This document shows positions 21,096 through 30,949 of a stretch of DNA of 64,000 bases, piece after piece; the stretch's first letter is position 1, and every line of letters begins with the position of its first letter. The stretch is from an uncultured Bacteroidales bacterium (GTDB lineage: Bacteria; Bacteroidota; Bacteroidia; Bacteroidales; UBA11471). The notes beneath the pieces are model-generated. The model worked only from the letters and a program-made list of their open reading frames with translations, was not told the origin of the DNA and did no database searches. The stretch covers positions 3,832 through 67,831 of the forward strand of contig CANQQA010000006.1 in the NCBI GenBank assembly GCA_947625885.1, in the 5' to 3' direction. The translations under genes were made by a program, and so were the position numbers.

Positions 21096-22883
21096 TTGGC
21101 GAACGAAAACGCACATATACGACATCTGCTTTCCCTCCTGCCCGACTCCCCCGGAGTATATCAATACTTAAACAAAGACGGGAGCATCATCTATGTGGGG
21201 AAAGCCAAGAATTTGAAAAAAAGGGTTCACAGCTATTTTAACCGAAATCACGAATCGCCCCGCACGTCGATGCTGGTGCGCAATATTCACGATATAAAAT
21301 ACATTGTCGTCGCCAACGAAGAAGATGCCCTGCATCTCGAAAACTCCCTCATTAAAGAGTACAAGCCGCGCTACAACGTGATGCTCAAAGACGACAAGAC
21401 CTATCCGTGGATTACGATACGCAACGAGCATTTTCCGCGCGTTGTCCTCACCCGCAAAGTCATACACGACGGCTCCAAATATTTCGGACCTTACAGCAAC
21501 GTGCAGATTGCCCGCACCGTGCTCGAATTGATACGCAGCCTCTATCCCATTCGCACCTGTCCCCATGCGCTTACGCCGGAAAACATCAAGAATCACCGCT
21601 ACCGCAAATGCCTGCAATACCATATCCATAATTGCAAAGCACCGTGCGAAGCGCTGCAAACGGAAGAAGAATATCGCGAATATATCGCGCAAATACGCCA
21701 GATTCTTAACGGAAACACTCAGCAATTGAGCGAACACCTCCGCGAAGAAATGAATCTGCTCGCCGAGCAATTGAAATTCGAGGAAGCGCAGGAATTGAAA
21801 GAAAAGTACCTTTTACTCGAAAAATATCGGGCAAAATCGGTCATCGTCAGCACGACTATCCACAACGTCGATGTATTTTCCTACGAGGACGACGACGATA
21901 ACGTCTATGTCAATTACATGCACATGCGCAACGGCAGCATCGTGCAAAGCTACACCATCGAATACCGAAAAAAACTCGATGAAAGCAAAGAAGAAATTCT
22001 GTCGCTGGCAATTGCCGAACTGCGCAGCCGCTTCAAAAGCGAATCGCGCGAAATCATCGTTCCTTTCCTCCCCGAATCGACGTTTGAAAATGTAACATTT
22101 CTCGTTCCGCAGCGGGGCGACAAGCGCAAACTGCTCGACGTTTCCACACAAAATGTCAGACAGTACAAATTCGACAAACTAAAAAGCTCGGAAAAACTGA
22201 ATCCCGACCAGCGCGTTATACGCATACTTTCACGGGCACAAAAAGATTTCAAGTTGAAAACACTGCCGATGCATATCGAATGTTTCGACAATTCCAATAC
22301 ACAAGGCGTGCTCCCCGTCTCGTCGTGTGTCGTATTCCGCAAAGCGAAACCATCGCGAAAAGATTACCGGCACTTCAATGTAAAGACCGTCGAAGGTCCC
22401 GATGATTTCGCGTCGATGTACGAAGCCGTGTTTCGTCGTTACAAACGGCTTTCCGAAGAAGAAGAGCCTCTCCCCGACTTGGTGGTCGTCGACGGTGGAA
22501 AAGGGCAACTCAGTGCTGCCGGCGAAGCCTTGAAAGAGTTGCAGCTGGACATTCCGATTATCGGCATCGCCAAACGGTTGGAAGAGATATTTTTCCCAAA
22601 CGACCCGATACCCCTCTATCTCGATAAAAACAGCGAAAGCCTGCGCCTCATACAGCAGATGCGCGACGAAGCCCACCGTTTCGGCATCACGCACCACCGC
22701 AACCGTCGCAGCAAAAAACAGGTGGAATCGGCTCTCGACAAAATCAAAGGCATCGGACCGAAAACGCGGGACTTGCTGCTTACCCGCTACAAAAGCGTCA
22801 AGCGCATCAAAGAAGTTCCCTACAAAGAATTAGCGCAACTTATTGGAGAAACAAAAGCACGAACAATCCTCGATAATTTATAG
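21096..22883 (+). CDS. uvrC: excinuclease ABC subunit C
   Basis: GIY-YIG N-terminus (PGVYQY ... IIYVGKAKNLKKRV), a UVR domain, and a C-terminal HhH. The only in-frame start ahead of the GIY-YIG block is TTG 21096. Confidence 0.93.
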   Translation: MANENAHIRHLLSLLPDSPGVYQYLNKDGSIIYVGKAKNLKKRVHSYFNRNHESPRTSMLVRNIHDIKYIVVANEEDALHLENSLIKEYKPRYNVMLKDDKTYPWITIRNEHFPRVVLTRKVIHDGSKYFGPYSNVQIARTVLELIRSLYPIRTCPHALTPENIKNHRYRKCLQYHIHNCKAPCEALQTEEEYREYIAQIRQILNGNTQQLSEHLREEMNLLAEQLKFEEAQELKEKYLLLEKYRAKSVIVSTTIHNVDVFSYEDDDDNVYVNYMHMRNGSIVQSYTIEYRKKLDESKEEILSLAIAELRSRFKSESREIIVPFLPESTFENVTFLVPQRGDKRKLLDVSTQNVRQYKFDKLKSSEKLNPDQRVIRILSRAQKDFKLKTLPMHIECFDNSNTQGVLPVSSCVVFRKAKPSRKDYRHFNVKTVEGPDDFASMYEAVFRRYKRLSEEEEPLPDLVVVDGGKGQLSAAGEALKELQLDIPIIGIAKRLEEIFFPNDPIPLYLDKNSESLRLIQQMRDEAHRFGITHHRNRRSKKQVESALDKIKGIGPKTRDLLLTRYKSVKRIKEVPYKELAQLIGETKARTILDNL

Positions 22884-22907
22884 TATAATATTTATAATCA
22901 ATAGTTT

Positions 22908-23360
22908 ATGAGAATCGTTGTACAACGGGTATCGCACGCATCGGTGAGCATCGGCGGACATATGAAATCGCAAATAGGAAACGGGCTGCTGATACTTGTC
23001 GGCATAGAAGACGCCGACGATGAAAACGATGTGGAATGGATAAGCAAAAAAATCGTAAATTTGCGCATCTTCGACGACGAAAACGGCGTTATGAATCTTT
23101 CGGTCAAAGATGTAGACGGAGAAATATTGATAGTCAGCCAGTTCACGCTGTTTGCCTCGACAAAAAAAGGAAACAGACCCTCCTACATCAGAGCGTCGAA
23201 ACACGAACACGCCATACCGTTGTACGAATCTTTTTGCCGGAAAGTAGCCGAAGAAACGGGAAAAATTCCCGCAACCGGCGAGTTCGGCGCCGACATGCAA
23301 ATCGAATTGCTGAACAACGGACCGGTAACCATCTGCATAGACTCGAAAAACAAAGAATAA
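22908..23360 (+). CDS. dtd: D-aminoacyl-tRNA deacylase
   Basis: SQFTL and NGPVT motifs; 150 aa. Confidence 0.95.
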   Translation: MRIVVQRVSHASVSIGGHMKSQIGNGLLILVGIEDADDENDVEWISKKIVNLRIFDDENGVMNLSVKDVDGEILIVSQFTLFASTKKGNRPSYIRASKHEHAIPLYESFCRKVAEETGKIPATGEFGADMQIELLNNGPVTICIDSKNKE

Positions 23361-23361
23361 A

Positions 23362-23700
23362 ATGACCCTGCAAGAATTGCAAAACAGCGTCGATCGCTGG
23401 ATAAAAGAGTACGGCGTCCGCTACTTCAACGAGCTTACCAACATGGCGATACTCACCGAAGAAGTGGGCGAAGTAGCCCGCATCATCGCCCGAAAGTACG
23501 GCGAACAATCGTTCAAGGAGAGCGACAAAAACAGCAATTTATCCGATGAAATCGCCGATGTGCTCTGGGTGCTCGTGTGCCTCGCCAACCAGACGGGCAT
23601 CGACCTCACGGAAGCCATGCAGCGTAACCTCGACAAAAAAACGCAGCGCGACGCCTTGCGCCACCGCCAAAACGAAAAAATCAATCCGAATACGAAATAA
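23362..23700 (+). CDS. MazG-like nucleotide pyrophosphohydrolase
   Basis: EExxE/D helices (LTEEVGEVARI, EIADVLWVLVCLAN); 112 aa. Confidence 0.85.
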   Translation: MTLQELQNSVDRWIKEYGVRYFNELTNMAILTEEVGEVARIIARKYGEQSFKESDKNSNLSDEIADVLWVLVCLANQTGIDLTEAMQRNLDKKTQRDALRHRQNEKINPNTK

Positions 23701-23712
23701 AAAATTCCCGAT

Positions 23713-24588
23713 ATGGACAGATACAATGAAATGCTGAAAAGCTACAACACCGATTATCGCGATGAAATCGTCCGTCAGGAGGTCGAAAAGATTCTGCGCG
23801 AAAACATCGCACGCAACAGCAACGAGGAGGTGTATCGCTTCCTTTTCGGCTGCATAGACCTCACCTCGCTCAACCCCACCGACAACCAGACGCAAATCGC
23901 CGCCTTCACGCGACAGGTAAACGAGTTTGATAACCAAAATCCCGAATTGAATCACGTCGCCGCCGTATGCGTCTACCCCAACCTTGTGGAGTGCGTGCGC
24001 ATGAATCTCGAAGTTTCCGACGTAAACATCGCAGCCGTAGCCGGCGGATTTCCGTCGTCGCAAACGTTCACCGAAGTAAAAGTCGCCGAAACGGCGCTTG
24101 CCGTAGCCGAAGGAGCGAACGAGATAGACACGGTGATGAACGTAGGGCAGTTCCTCAACGAAGAATATGAGGATATTTGCGATGAAATCGTGGAAATAAA
24201 ACACGCCTGCCGCAATGCCCGCCTGAAAGTGATTCTGGAAACCGGCGCACTGGGCAGCTGTTCCAACGTGAAAAAAGCAGCGCTGTTAGCCATTTATTCC
24301 GGTGCCGATTTCATCAAGACCTCGACGGGGAAAATCACTCCGGGAGCAACGCCCGAGGCCTTCTACGTCATGTGTCAGGCTATCAAAGAGTATCACAAAA
24401 AGACCGGCACCCGCATCGGTATCAAAGCCGCCGGAGGAATCGCCGAAACCGCCGAAGCCGTCAAGTATTACACTATTGCCGAAGCCGTGCTGGGCGAAGA
24501 ATGGTTGAGCAAAGAGTATTTCCGCATCGGCGCAAGCCGCTTGGCAACCGCTCTGCTCGACTCCATCGTCTCTGCCGGGAAAAAGTAG
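23713..24588 (+). CDS. deoC: deoxyribose-phosphate aldolase
   Basis: Schiff-base lysine block FIKTSTGK; class I aldolase barrel length. Confidence 0.9.
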   Translation: MDRYNEMLKSYNTDYRDEIVRQEVEKILRENIARNSNEEVYRFLFGCIDLTSLNPTDNQTQIAAFTRQVNEFDNQNPELNHVAAVCVYPNLVECVRMNLEVSDVNIAAVAGGFPSSQTFTEVKVAETALAVAEGANEIDTVMNVGQFLNEEYEDICDEIVEIKHACRNARLKVILETGALGSCSNVKKAALLAIYSGADFIKTSTGKITPGATPEAFYVMCQAIKEYHKKTGTRIGIKAAGGIAETAEAVKYYTIAEAVLGEEWLSKEYFRIGASRLATALLDSIVSAGKK

Positions 24589-24612
24589 AGATTTCTCGAT
24601 GAATCCGATAAA

Positions 24613-24647
24613 AAAGGCGGCGGAAACAAGAAATTTCCGCCGCCTTT
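24613..24647. terminator. bidirectional intrinsic terminator between convergent deoC and the polyprenyl synthase gene
   Basis: Perfect 14-bp stem aaaggcggcggaaa / tttccgccgccttt, 7-nt loop, with flanking A- and T-tracts. Confidence 0.75.
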
Positions 24648-24665
24648 CATTTTATACTTATTACG

Positions 24666-25655
24666 TTATTTTTTTCGTTCCAGCGTATAATCAAGAACCG
24701 CCAATAAGGCTGTCGCCACATCGGAAGGCAAAAACGGTCGGAGAACCTCCGCCGCTTCATCGCGTAAACGCCCCATGATACTCTCGGCATACTCGATTCC
24801 GCCCGACTTTTTGGCATATTCGGCAAGCCGGCGCACATCGTCGCCGGTAAGCTCCTGTTTCCGAATCAACGCCGCGATTTCGCTCCGCTCCGGCTCCGCA
24901 CCATGCGTCAGTGCATAGATGAGCGGCAGGGTTACTTTCCCCTCTTTCAGGTCGCAGCCCGATGTCTTTCCCGTCTCTTTCGAGTCGAAATAATCGAAAA
25001 TATCGTCTCTTATCTGGAAGCAAAGCCCCAATTTCTCGCCGAAACACATCAAGGCATTTTGCTGCTCCGTCGTGGCGCCGGCAGTCAAAGCGCCTATTTG
25101 CATACAAACCTTAAACAAAGACGCGGTCTTTTGCCGTATGACACGGAAGTAGGCATCTTCGTCGATTTCTTTTTTCTGAACGACGGATATTTGGTCTATC
25201 TCGCCTTGTGCCAGAATAGCGCCCAGCTCTCCCAACACGGCAATGACGGAAGTCTCACCCGTAAGCAGCGCCATGCGCAGCACTTTCGACACGAAATAGT
25301 CACCCGCCAGCACCGCCACCCGATTGTCCCACACGGCATTGAGAGTATCTCTGCCTCGCCGGAGTTTCGACTCATCGACCACGTCGTCGTGAATGAGCGT
25401 GGCATTATGCAGCAGCTCTACGGCAGCGGCGCCATAAATAGTCTCTTCCTTTACCGTCCCCGTCATGCGGGCAGCCAATAATACCAATATAGCACGTATC
25501 TGTTTGCCCTTTGTCTGAAGATAGTAATCCACGATTTGCGAAAGCAGCGGATTCGACGACGACAAAGCCTGCTTCATCACTTCGTTCAACCGCACTAAAT
25601 CACTTTCTATCGGGCGTTTTATCTTCGACAATATATCATCGTTCATCGTCTTCAT
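24666..25655 (-). CDS. ispB: long-chain polyprenyl diphosphate synthase (IspB-like)
   Basis: First and second Asp-rich motifs LIHDDVVDES and QIRDDIFDY. Confidence 0.85.
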   Translation of the reverse strand: MKTMNDDILSKIKRPIESDLVRLNEVMKQALSSSNPLLSQIVDYYLQTKGKQIRAILVLLAARMTGTVKEETIYGAAAVELLHNATLIHDDVVDESKLRRGRDTLNAVWDNRVAVLAGDYFVSKVLRMALLTGETSVIAVLGELGAILAQGEIDQISVVQKKEIDEDAYFRVIRQKTASLFKVCMQIGALTAGATTEQQNALMCFGEKLGLCFQIRDDIFDYFDSKETGKTSGCDLKEGKVTLPLIYALTHGAEPERSEIAALIRKQELTGDDVRRLAEYAKKSGGIEYAESIMGRLRDEAAEVLRPFLPSDVATALLAVLDYTLERKK

Positions 25656-25703
25656 TACAAAAAGTGTCGGCTTTCAAAACAAATACCTCTACCTATTTGG
25701 TTG

Positions 25704-25711
25704 CAAAAATA
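25704..25711 (-). promoter_or_regulatory. -7 promoter box (TATTTTTG) for the polyprenyl synthase gene
   Basis: Plus-strand caaaaata, 49 nt upstream of ATG 25655. Confidence 0.4.
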
Positions 25712-25792
25712 AGAATAAAACCCGAAGTATCGGCAGAATTTTGTAAATTTACCTCGCGGATTTTTCCGCCAACCCGTTACACAAATACCGCC

Positions 25793-28579
25793 ATGAGCGA
25801 AAAGAGATTGTTTTTATTGGACGCATACGCCCTTATCTATCGGGCATATTACGGTTTTATCAAAAATCCCCGCATCAATTCCAAAGGGGTAAATACGTCG
25901 GCGATATTCGGCTTCGTGAATACCCTCGAAGACCTGATACGCAAAGAAAATCCGACCCACCTTGCTGTCGGATTCGACCCCGCCGGCGCCACATTCCGGC
26001 ACGAGGCTTACGACCGGTACAAGGCGCAGCGCGAGGAGACGCCCGAAGTAATCCGGCAGTCGGTGCCCGTCATCAAAGAAATCATACAAGCCTACAACAT
26101 TCCCATCATCGAGATGCCCCGCTACGAAGCCGACGACGTCATCGGCACATTGGCGAAGAAAGCCGAACAAGCCGGATTCGAGACCTATATGATGACCCCC
26201 GACAAAGACTACGGGCAATTGGTATCGCCGCATATCTTCATCTACAAACCGAAATTCGGCAGCAGCGACTTCGAGGTGCGCGGCGAGAAAGAGATAAAAG
26301 AAAAATACGGCATCGCCCGCCCCGAACAAGTCATCGACATCTTGGGGCTGATGGGCGACACCGCCGACAACATTCCGGGCTGTCCGGGTGTCGGCGAGAA
26401 AACCGCGATAAAACTCATACAGAAATACGACTCCATCGAAAACCTGCTGACGCAGACTGCCTCCCTCAAAGGCGCACTGAAAACGAAAATAGAAAGTAAC
26501 GAGGAACAAATACGCTTTTCCAAATTCCTCGCCACCATCAAGACCGACGTACCGGTAACGTTCGACGAAGAGTTGCTGCGCCGCTCCCCCATCGACGAAC
26601 CCCGCCTTCGAAAAATTTTCGACGAACTCGAATTTCGGACGCTCTCCGAACGCGTTTTCGGAAAGAACGCCGCACCCGCGTCCGGCACACCCGACACCCC
26701 CGTCGCTCAACCCTCGCTCTTCGACATATTTCCGACCGAGACTCGGGAAGAAGAAAAATATGCGACTCTCAGCGAGTTAAATTCTACCTCGCACGCTTAT
26801 AAACTTCTTGATAAAGAGGAAGATATACAAGAATTAGCCCGCCAATTGGAAGGGTGCGATTTTTTTGCATTCGACACGGAAACGACAGGAGTCGAGCCGA
26901 TGAATGTCGAATTGGTCGGAATGTCGTTCGCCATGAAAGAACACGAAGCATATTACATACCCGTACCGCCCGAAAGAGAGAACGCCGAGCGAATTGTTAA
27001 AATATTCAAACGTGCTTTGGAGAATCCGGCAAGTCTGAAAATCGGACAAAACATCAAATACGACTATATCGTGCTGCGCAATTACGGCGTATGCCCCGGC
27101 GGGAAATTTTTCGACACGATGGTCGCCCATTACCTGCTGCAACCCGAACAGCGGCACAACATGGACTACCTCGCCGAAATATACCTCCGCTACAAAACCG
27201 TTCACATCGACGAACTGATAGGCGCGAAAGGGAAACACCAACTCTCCATGCGCCAAGTCGCCCCCGAAACGGTGTGCCCCTACGCCGCCGAAGATGCCGA
27301 CATCACCCTGCAACTCAAAAACAAATTGGAGCAAGAATTGAAACGGGAAGGTCTCGAAGAACTCTTTTACACCATCGAAATGCCGTTGGTGCGCGTCCTC
27401 GCCGAAATGGAGATAAGCGGCGTGCGCATCGACACCGACACCCTGCGGCAGTCGTCGAAAGAGCTGACCGGCAAAATCGATGAAATCGAGCAGGAGATTT
27501 ACCGGCTTGCCGGAATGCCGTTCAACATCAGTTCCGCCCGACAGGTGGGCGAAATCCTTTTCGAGCGGCTGAAAATCGACGAGAAAGCCCGCAAGACCAA
27601 AACCGGACAATACTCCACCACCGAAGAGGTGCTCGAAAAACTGCGGTACCGTCACCCCATCGTCGATAAAATACTCGAATATCGCGGACTGCGCAAGCTG
27701 CTCAGCACCTACGTCGATGCCCTGCCCGAACTGATAAATCCCTGCACGGGAAAGATACATACCTCTTTCAACCAAACGATTACCGCCACCGGACGGCTCA
27801 GTTCGAGCAACCCCAACCTGCAAAACATTCCCATACGCGACGACGAGGGGCGCGAGATACGCCGCGCATTCATTCCCGAGCCCGGCGAACTTTTTTTCTC
27901 CGCCGACTATTCGCAAATCGAATTGCGCATCATGGCGCACCTCAGCGGCGACGCCGCCATGATAGACGCTTTCTGTTCGGGGCAGGACATTCATGCCGCC
28001 ACTGCCGCCAAGATTTACAAAATACCCTTGAACGACGTTACGAAAGAGATGCGCCGCAAGGCAAAAACCGCCAACTTCGGCATCATCTACGGCATATCCA
28101 CATTCGGACTTGCCGAGCGCCTCAACATTCCCCGCAGCGAAGCCAAGCAACTCATCGACGGATATTTCGAGACATTCCCCCAAGTGAAAGCCTATATGGA
28201 GCAAAGCATCGAAATCGCGCGACAGAAAGGTTACGTGGAAACCCTCAACAAACGCAAGCGCATGCTTCCCGACATCAACTCGCACAACAGCGTCGTGCGC
28301 GGATATGCCGAGCGAAACGCCATAAACGCCCCCATACAGGGCAGCGCCGCCGACATCATAAAAATAGCGATGGTACGCATCTTCGAGCGTTTCGCACGGG
28401 AAAACATACGGGCAAAAATGATTCTGCAAGTGCACGACGAACTCAATTTCACCGTGCCCGCCGACGAAATCGACACCGTGAGCCGCATCGTCAAGGAAGA
28501 AATGGAGGGCGCCGCCAGTCTGCGCGTGCCCCTTACCGCCGATTCCGGCGTCGGCGCCAACTGGCTCGAAGCGCATTAA
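25793..28579 (+). CDS. polA: DNA polymerase I
   Basis: 5'-nuclease N-terminus (LLDAYALIYRAYY), 3'-5' exo motif FAFDTETTG, and pol motifs DYSQIELR and QVHDEL. Start set to ATG 25793 (MSEKRLF); the upstream part of ORF 25511.. overlaps the ispB 5' end. Confidence 0.97.
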   Translation: MSEKRLFLLDAYALIYRAYYGFIKNPRINSKGVNTSAIFGFVNTLEDLIRKENPTHLAVGFDPAGATFRHEAYDRYKAQREETPEVIRQSVPVIKEIIQAYNIPIIEMPRYEADDVIGTLAKKAEQAGFETYMMTPDKDYGQLVSPHIFIYKPKFGSSDFEVRGEKEIKEKYGIARPEQVIDILGLMGDTADNIPGCPGVGEKTAIKLIQKYDSIENLLTQTASLKGALKTKIESNEEQIRFSKFLATIKTDVPVTFDEELLRRSPIDEPRLRKIFDELEFRTLSERVFGKNAAPASGTPDTPVAQPSLFDIFPTETREEEKYATLSELNSTSHAYKLLDKEEDIQELARQLEGCDFFAFDTETTGVEPMNVELVGMSFAMKEHEAYYIPVPPERENAERIVKIFKRALENPASLKIGQNIKYDYIVLRNYGVCPGGKFFDTMVAHYLLQPEQRHNMDYLAEIYLRYKTVHIDELIGAKGKHQLSMRQVAPETVCPYAAEDADITLQLKNKLEQELKREGLEELFYTIEMPLVRVLAEMEISGVRIDTDTLRQSSKELTGKIDEIEQEIYRLAGMPFNISSARQVGEILFERLKIDEKARKTKTGQYSTTEEVLEKLRYRHPIVDKILEYRGLRKLLSTYVDALPELINPCTGKIHTSFNQTITATGRLSSSNPNLQNIPIRDDEGREIRRAFIPEPGELFFSADYSQIELRIMAHLSGDAAMIDAFCSGQDIHAATAAKIYKIPLNDVTKEMRRKAKTANFGIIYGISTFGLAERLNIPRSEAKQLIDGYFETFPQVKAYMEQSIEIARQKGYVETLNKRKRMLPDINSHNSVVRGYAERNAINAPIQGSAADIIKIAMVRIFERFARENIRAKMILQVHDELNFTVPADEIDTVSRIVKEEMEGAASLRVPLTADSGVGANWLEAH

Positions 28580-28646
28580 CCGAGCCGCACACTATTTATA
28601 TAAAAGATTAAAAAGAGAAGAACGCGGCTACGTTACAGCTTTTTTG

Positions 28647-28654
28647 TACCTTTG
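28647..28654 (+). promoter_or_regulatory. -7 promoter box (TACCTTTG)
   Basis: Exact TAnnTTTG, 28 nt upstream of ATG 28682. Confidence 0.5.
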
Positions 28655-28681
28655 CCGCAACAAAGTTAAAATCGGAACAGA

Positions 28682-29785
28682 ATGTCCTTACAATGCGGAA
28701 TCGTCGGGCTGCCGAATGTCGGCAAATCGACACTTTTCAACTGCCTATCCAATGCCAAAGCCCAATCGGCGAATTTTCCTTTCTGCACCATCGAGCCGAA
28801 TGTGGGCGTCATCACCGTTCCCGACGAACGGCTGAATAAACTTGCCGAGCTGGTGCACCCGCAGCGCATCGTCCCCACGACGGTCGAAATCGTCGATATT
28901 GCGGGACTGGTGAAAGGGGCAAGCCAAGGCGAAGGACTGGGAAACAAATTCCTCGCCAACATCAGGGAGACCGATGCCATACTGCACGTACTCCGCTGCT
29001 TCGACGACGACAACATCACGCACGTCGACGGGTCGGTCGATCCGGTGCGCGACAAAGAAATCATCGACTACGAACTGCAAATCAAAGACCTCGAAACCAT
29101 CGACAGCCGCATTTCCCGCGTACAGAAACAGGCGCAGACGGGCGGAGACAAAACCGCCAAAATCGCCTACGAAGTGTTGAGCCGCTACAAGGAGGCGCTG
29201 GAACAGGGAAAAGCCGCCCGCACTGTTACGTTCGAAACCAAAGACGAACAGAAAATAGCCCACGACCTTTTCCTGCTCACCAACAAACCGGTGATGTACA
29301 TCTGCAACGTCGACGAAGCAAGTGCCGTCAAAGGCAACGCCTATGTGGAGCGGGTGCGCGAAGCCGTCAAGGGGGAGGACGCCGAAATTCTCGTCGTCGC
29401 CGCCAAAATAGAATCGGAGATAGCCGAATTCGAAACCTACGAAGAACGGCAGATGTTCCTCAACGAAATAGGACTCGAAGAGTCGGGCGTGTCGCGCCTT
29501 ATCCGCTCGGCATACAAGCTGCTCAACCTCGAAACCTATTTCACCGCCGGCGAACCCGAAGTGCGGGCATGGACGTATCTGCGGGGCAGCAAAGCGCCCC
29601 AGTGCGCCGGCATCATACACTCCGATTTCGAGAAGGGTTTTATCCGTGCCGAAGTCATCAAATACGACGACTACATCGCTCTCGGCTCGGAAGCCGCCTG
29701 CAAGGAAGCCGGAAAAATGAACATCGAAGGCAAAGACTATGTGGTGCAGGACGGCGACATCATGCACTTCCGTTTCAATGTATAG
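28682..29785 (+). CDS. ychF: redox-regulated ribosome-binding ATPase YchF
   Basis: P-loop GIVGLPNVGKST; TGS-like C-terminus; 367 aa. Confidence 0.96.
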   Translation: MSLQCGIVGLPNVGKSTLFNCLSNAKAQSANFPFCTIEPNVGVITVPDERLNKLAELVHPQRIVPTTVEIVDIAGLVKGASQGEGLGNKFLANIRETDAILHVLRCFDDDNITHVDGSVDPVRDKEIIDYELQIKDLETIDSRISRVQKQAQTGGDKTAKIAYEVLSRYKEALEQGKAARTVTFETKDEQKIAHDLFLLTNKPVMYICNVDEASAVKGNAYVERVREAVKGEDAEILVVAAKIESEIAEFETYEERQMFLNEIGLEESGVSRLIRSAYKLLNLETYFTAGEPEVRAWTYLRGSKAPQCAGIIHSDFEKGFIRAEVIKYDDYIALGSEAACKEAGKMNIEGKDYVVQDGDIMHFRFNV

Positions 29786-29795
29786 CGTGCCCGTC

Positions 29796-30383
29796 ATGAG
29801 AGAAATCCGTTCCGTATGCGTGTACTGCGGGTCGAGCTCCCAAGTGCCGGCAGCCTATTTCGAGGCGGCGCGGACATTGGGCGAACTGCTTGCCGACAAG
29901 CGGATTCGCTGTATCTACGGGGCAGGCGGACAAGGACTGATGGGTACACTCGCCGACACCGTGATGCAGAACGGAGGCGAAATCACCGGCATCATACCGC
30001 AATTCATGTACGACAACGGTTGGTGCCACCCCGCACTGAAAGAGGTGGAAATAACGCCGGACATACACAGCCGAAAAAAACGCATGGCAACGCTTGCCGA
30101 CGGCGTCATCGCCCTGCCGGGCGGCTGCGGCACGCTGGAAGAACTGCTCGAAATCATTACATGGAAACAGCTCGGGCTCTATATCAAGCCGATAGTCCTG
30201 CTCAATACCGACGGCTATTACGACCCATTGATAACGCTGCTCGACCGCGCCGTCGAGCAACGCTTCATGCGCACCGAACACCGCCGGATATGGCAAATCG
30301 CCGCCACGCCCGAAGAGGCGGTCGAGGCGCTGTACACCGCGCCCGAATGGGACCGAACCCTGAGTAAACTCGCTGCGATATGA
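29796..30383 (+). CDS. LOG-family (TIGR00730) nucleotide 5'-monophosphate nucleosidase
   Basis: PGGCGTLEEL (PGGxGTxxE) motif. Start set to ATG 29796 (MREIRSV). Confidence 0.88.
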   Translation: MREIRSVCVYCGSSSQVPAAYFEAARTLGELLADKRIRCIYGAGGQGLMGTLADTVMQNGGEITGIIPQFMYDNGWCHPALKEVEITPDIHSRKKRMATLADGVIALPGGCGTLEELLEIITWKQLGLYIKPIVLLNTDGYYDPLITLLDRAVEQRFMRTEHRRIWQIAATPEEAVEALYTAPEWDRTLSKLAAI

Positions 30384-30949
30384 CCGACTCCGCCGATACG
30401 CTTTCCGTTACACCGCCCGTCGTCGATACGGGAGTTGTCGCGACCGACACGCTCCGCCAAAACGTAGCAATTGCCGATACGACAACCGGCATCACTGCCT
30501 CCGGCAGCGAAACGTCAATCCCTGCTATCGTTGCCGATACGACACTCACGGAAAACCCGCTATCGGCAGATACGACAACGGCAGCCATCGTGCCGGCAGA
30601 CAGCATCGCCGCAACCGCCGACACCGTCCATGCCGTTATACCGACCGCTGCACAGGCAGCACCCGACAGCGCGCTTACAACCATCGTACCGCCGAGCGAT
30701 ACTCTCGTGCAGGAAACGGCTCCGGCAGCGACAGACACCGTCCATTACGAAAAGCTGACGTCCCTCACTCCGAGCGCAGCCGACACCCTCGCAAAACCTT
30801 TTGCCGAAACGCCCCGACCGACACCGACCGACACGGCAACCGCATTTTTCCCTTTTTCCGCCGATACTTCGGCATTTCACAGCCACGCCGATACGACTGT
30901 TGTTTCAACGACAGAAATTCCCACCATACCGATATACGACGGTCGAGCA
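30380..30949 (+). repeat. degenerate in-frame x-A-D-T-x repeat region (low-complexity coding)
   Basis: gccgatacg / gccgacacc-type units recur about 15 times at irregular 8-20-codon spacing. Confidence 0.8.

Noticed and set aside
26834-28576. 580-aa minus-strand ORF antisense to polA
   Set aside because: It is a shadow ORF with no motifs, and polA is certain.
30380-30949. Recurring gccgatacg-type units considered as a CRISPR or tandem-repeat array
   Set aside because: The units are short, degenerate, irregularly spaced and all in frame within a continuous ORF, and there are no unique spacers. It is coding low-complexity sequence (see the sequon finding).
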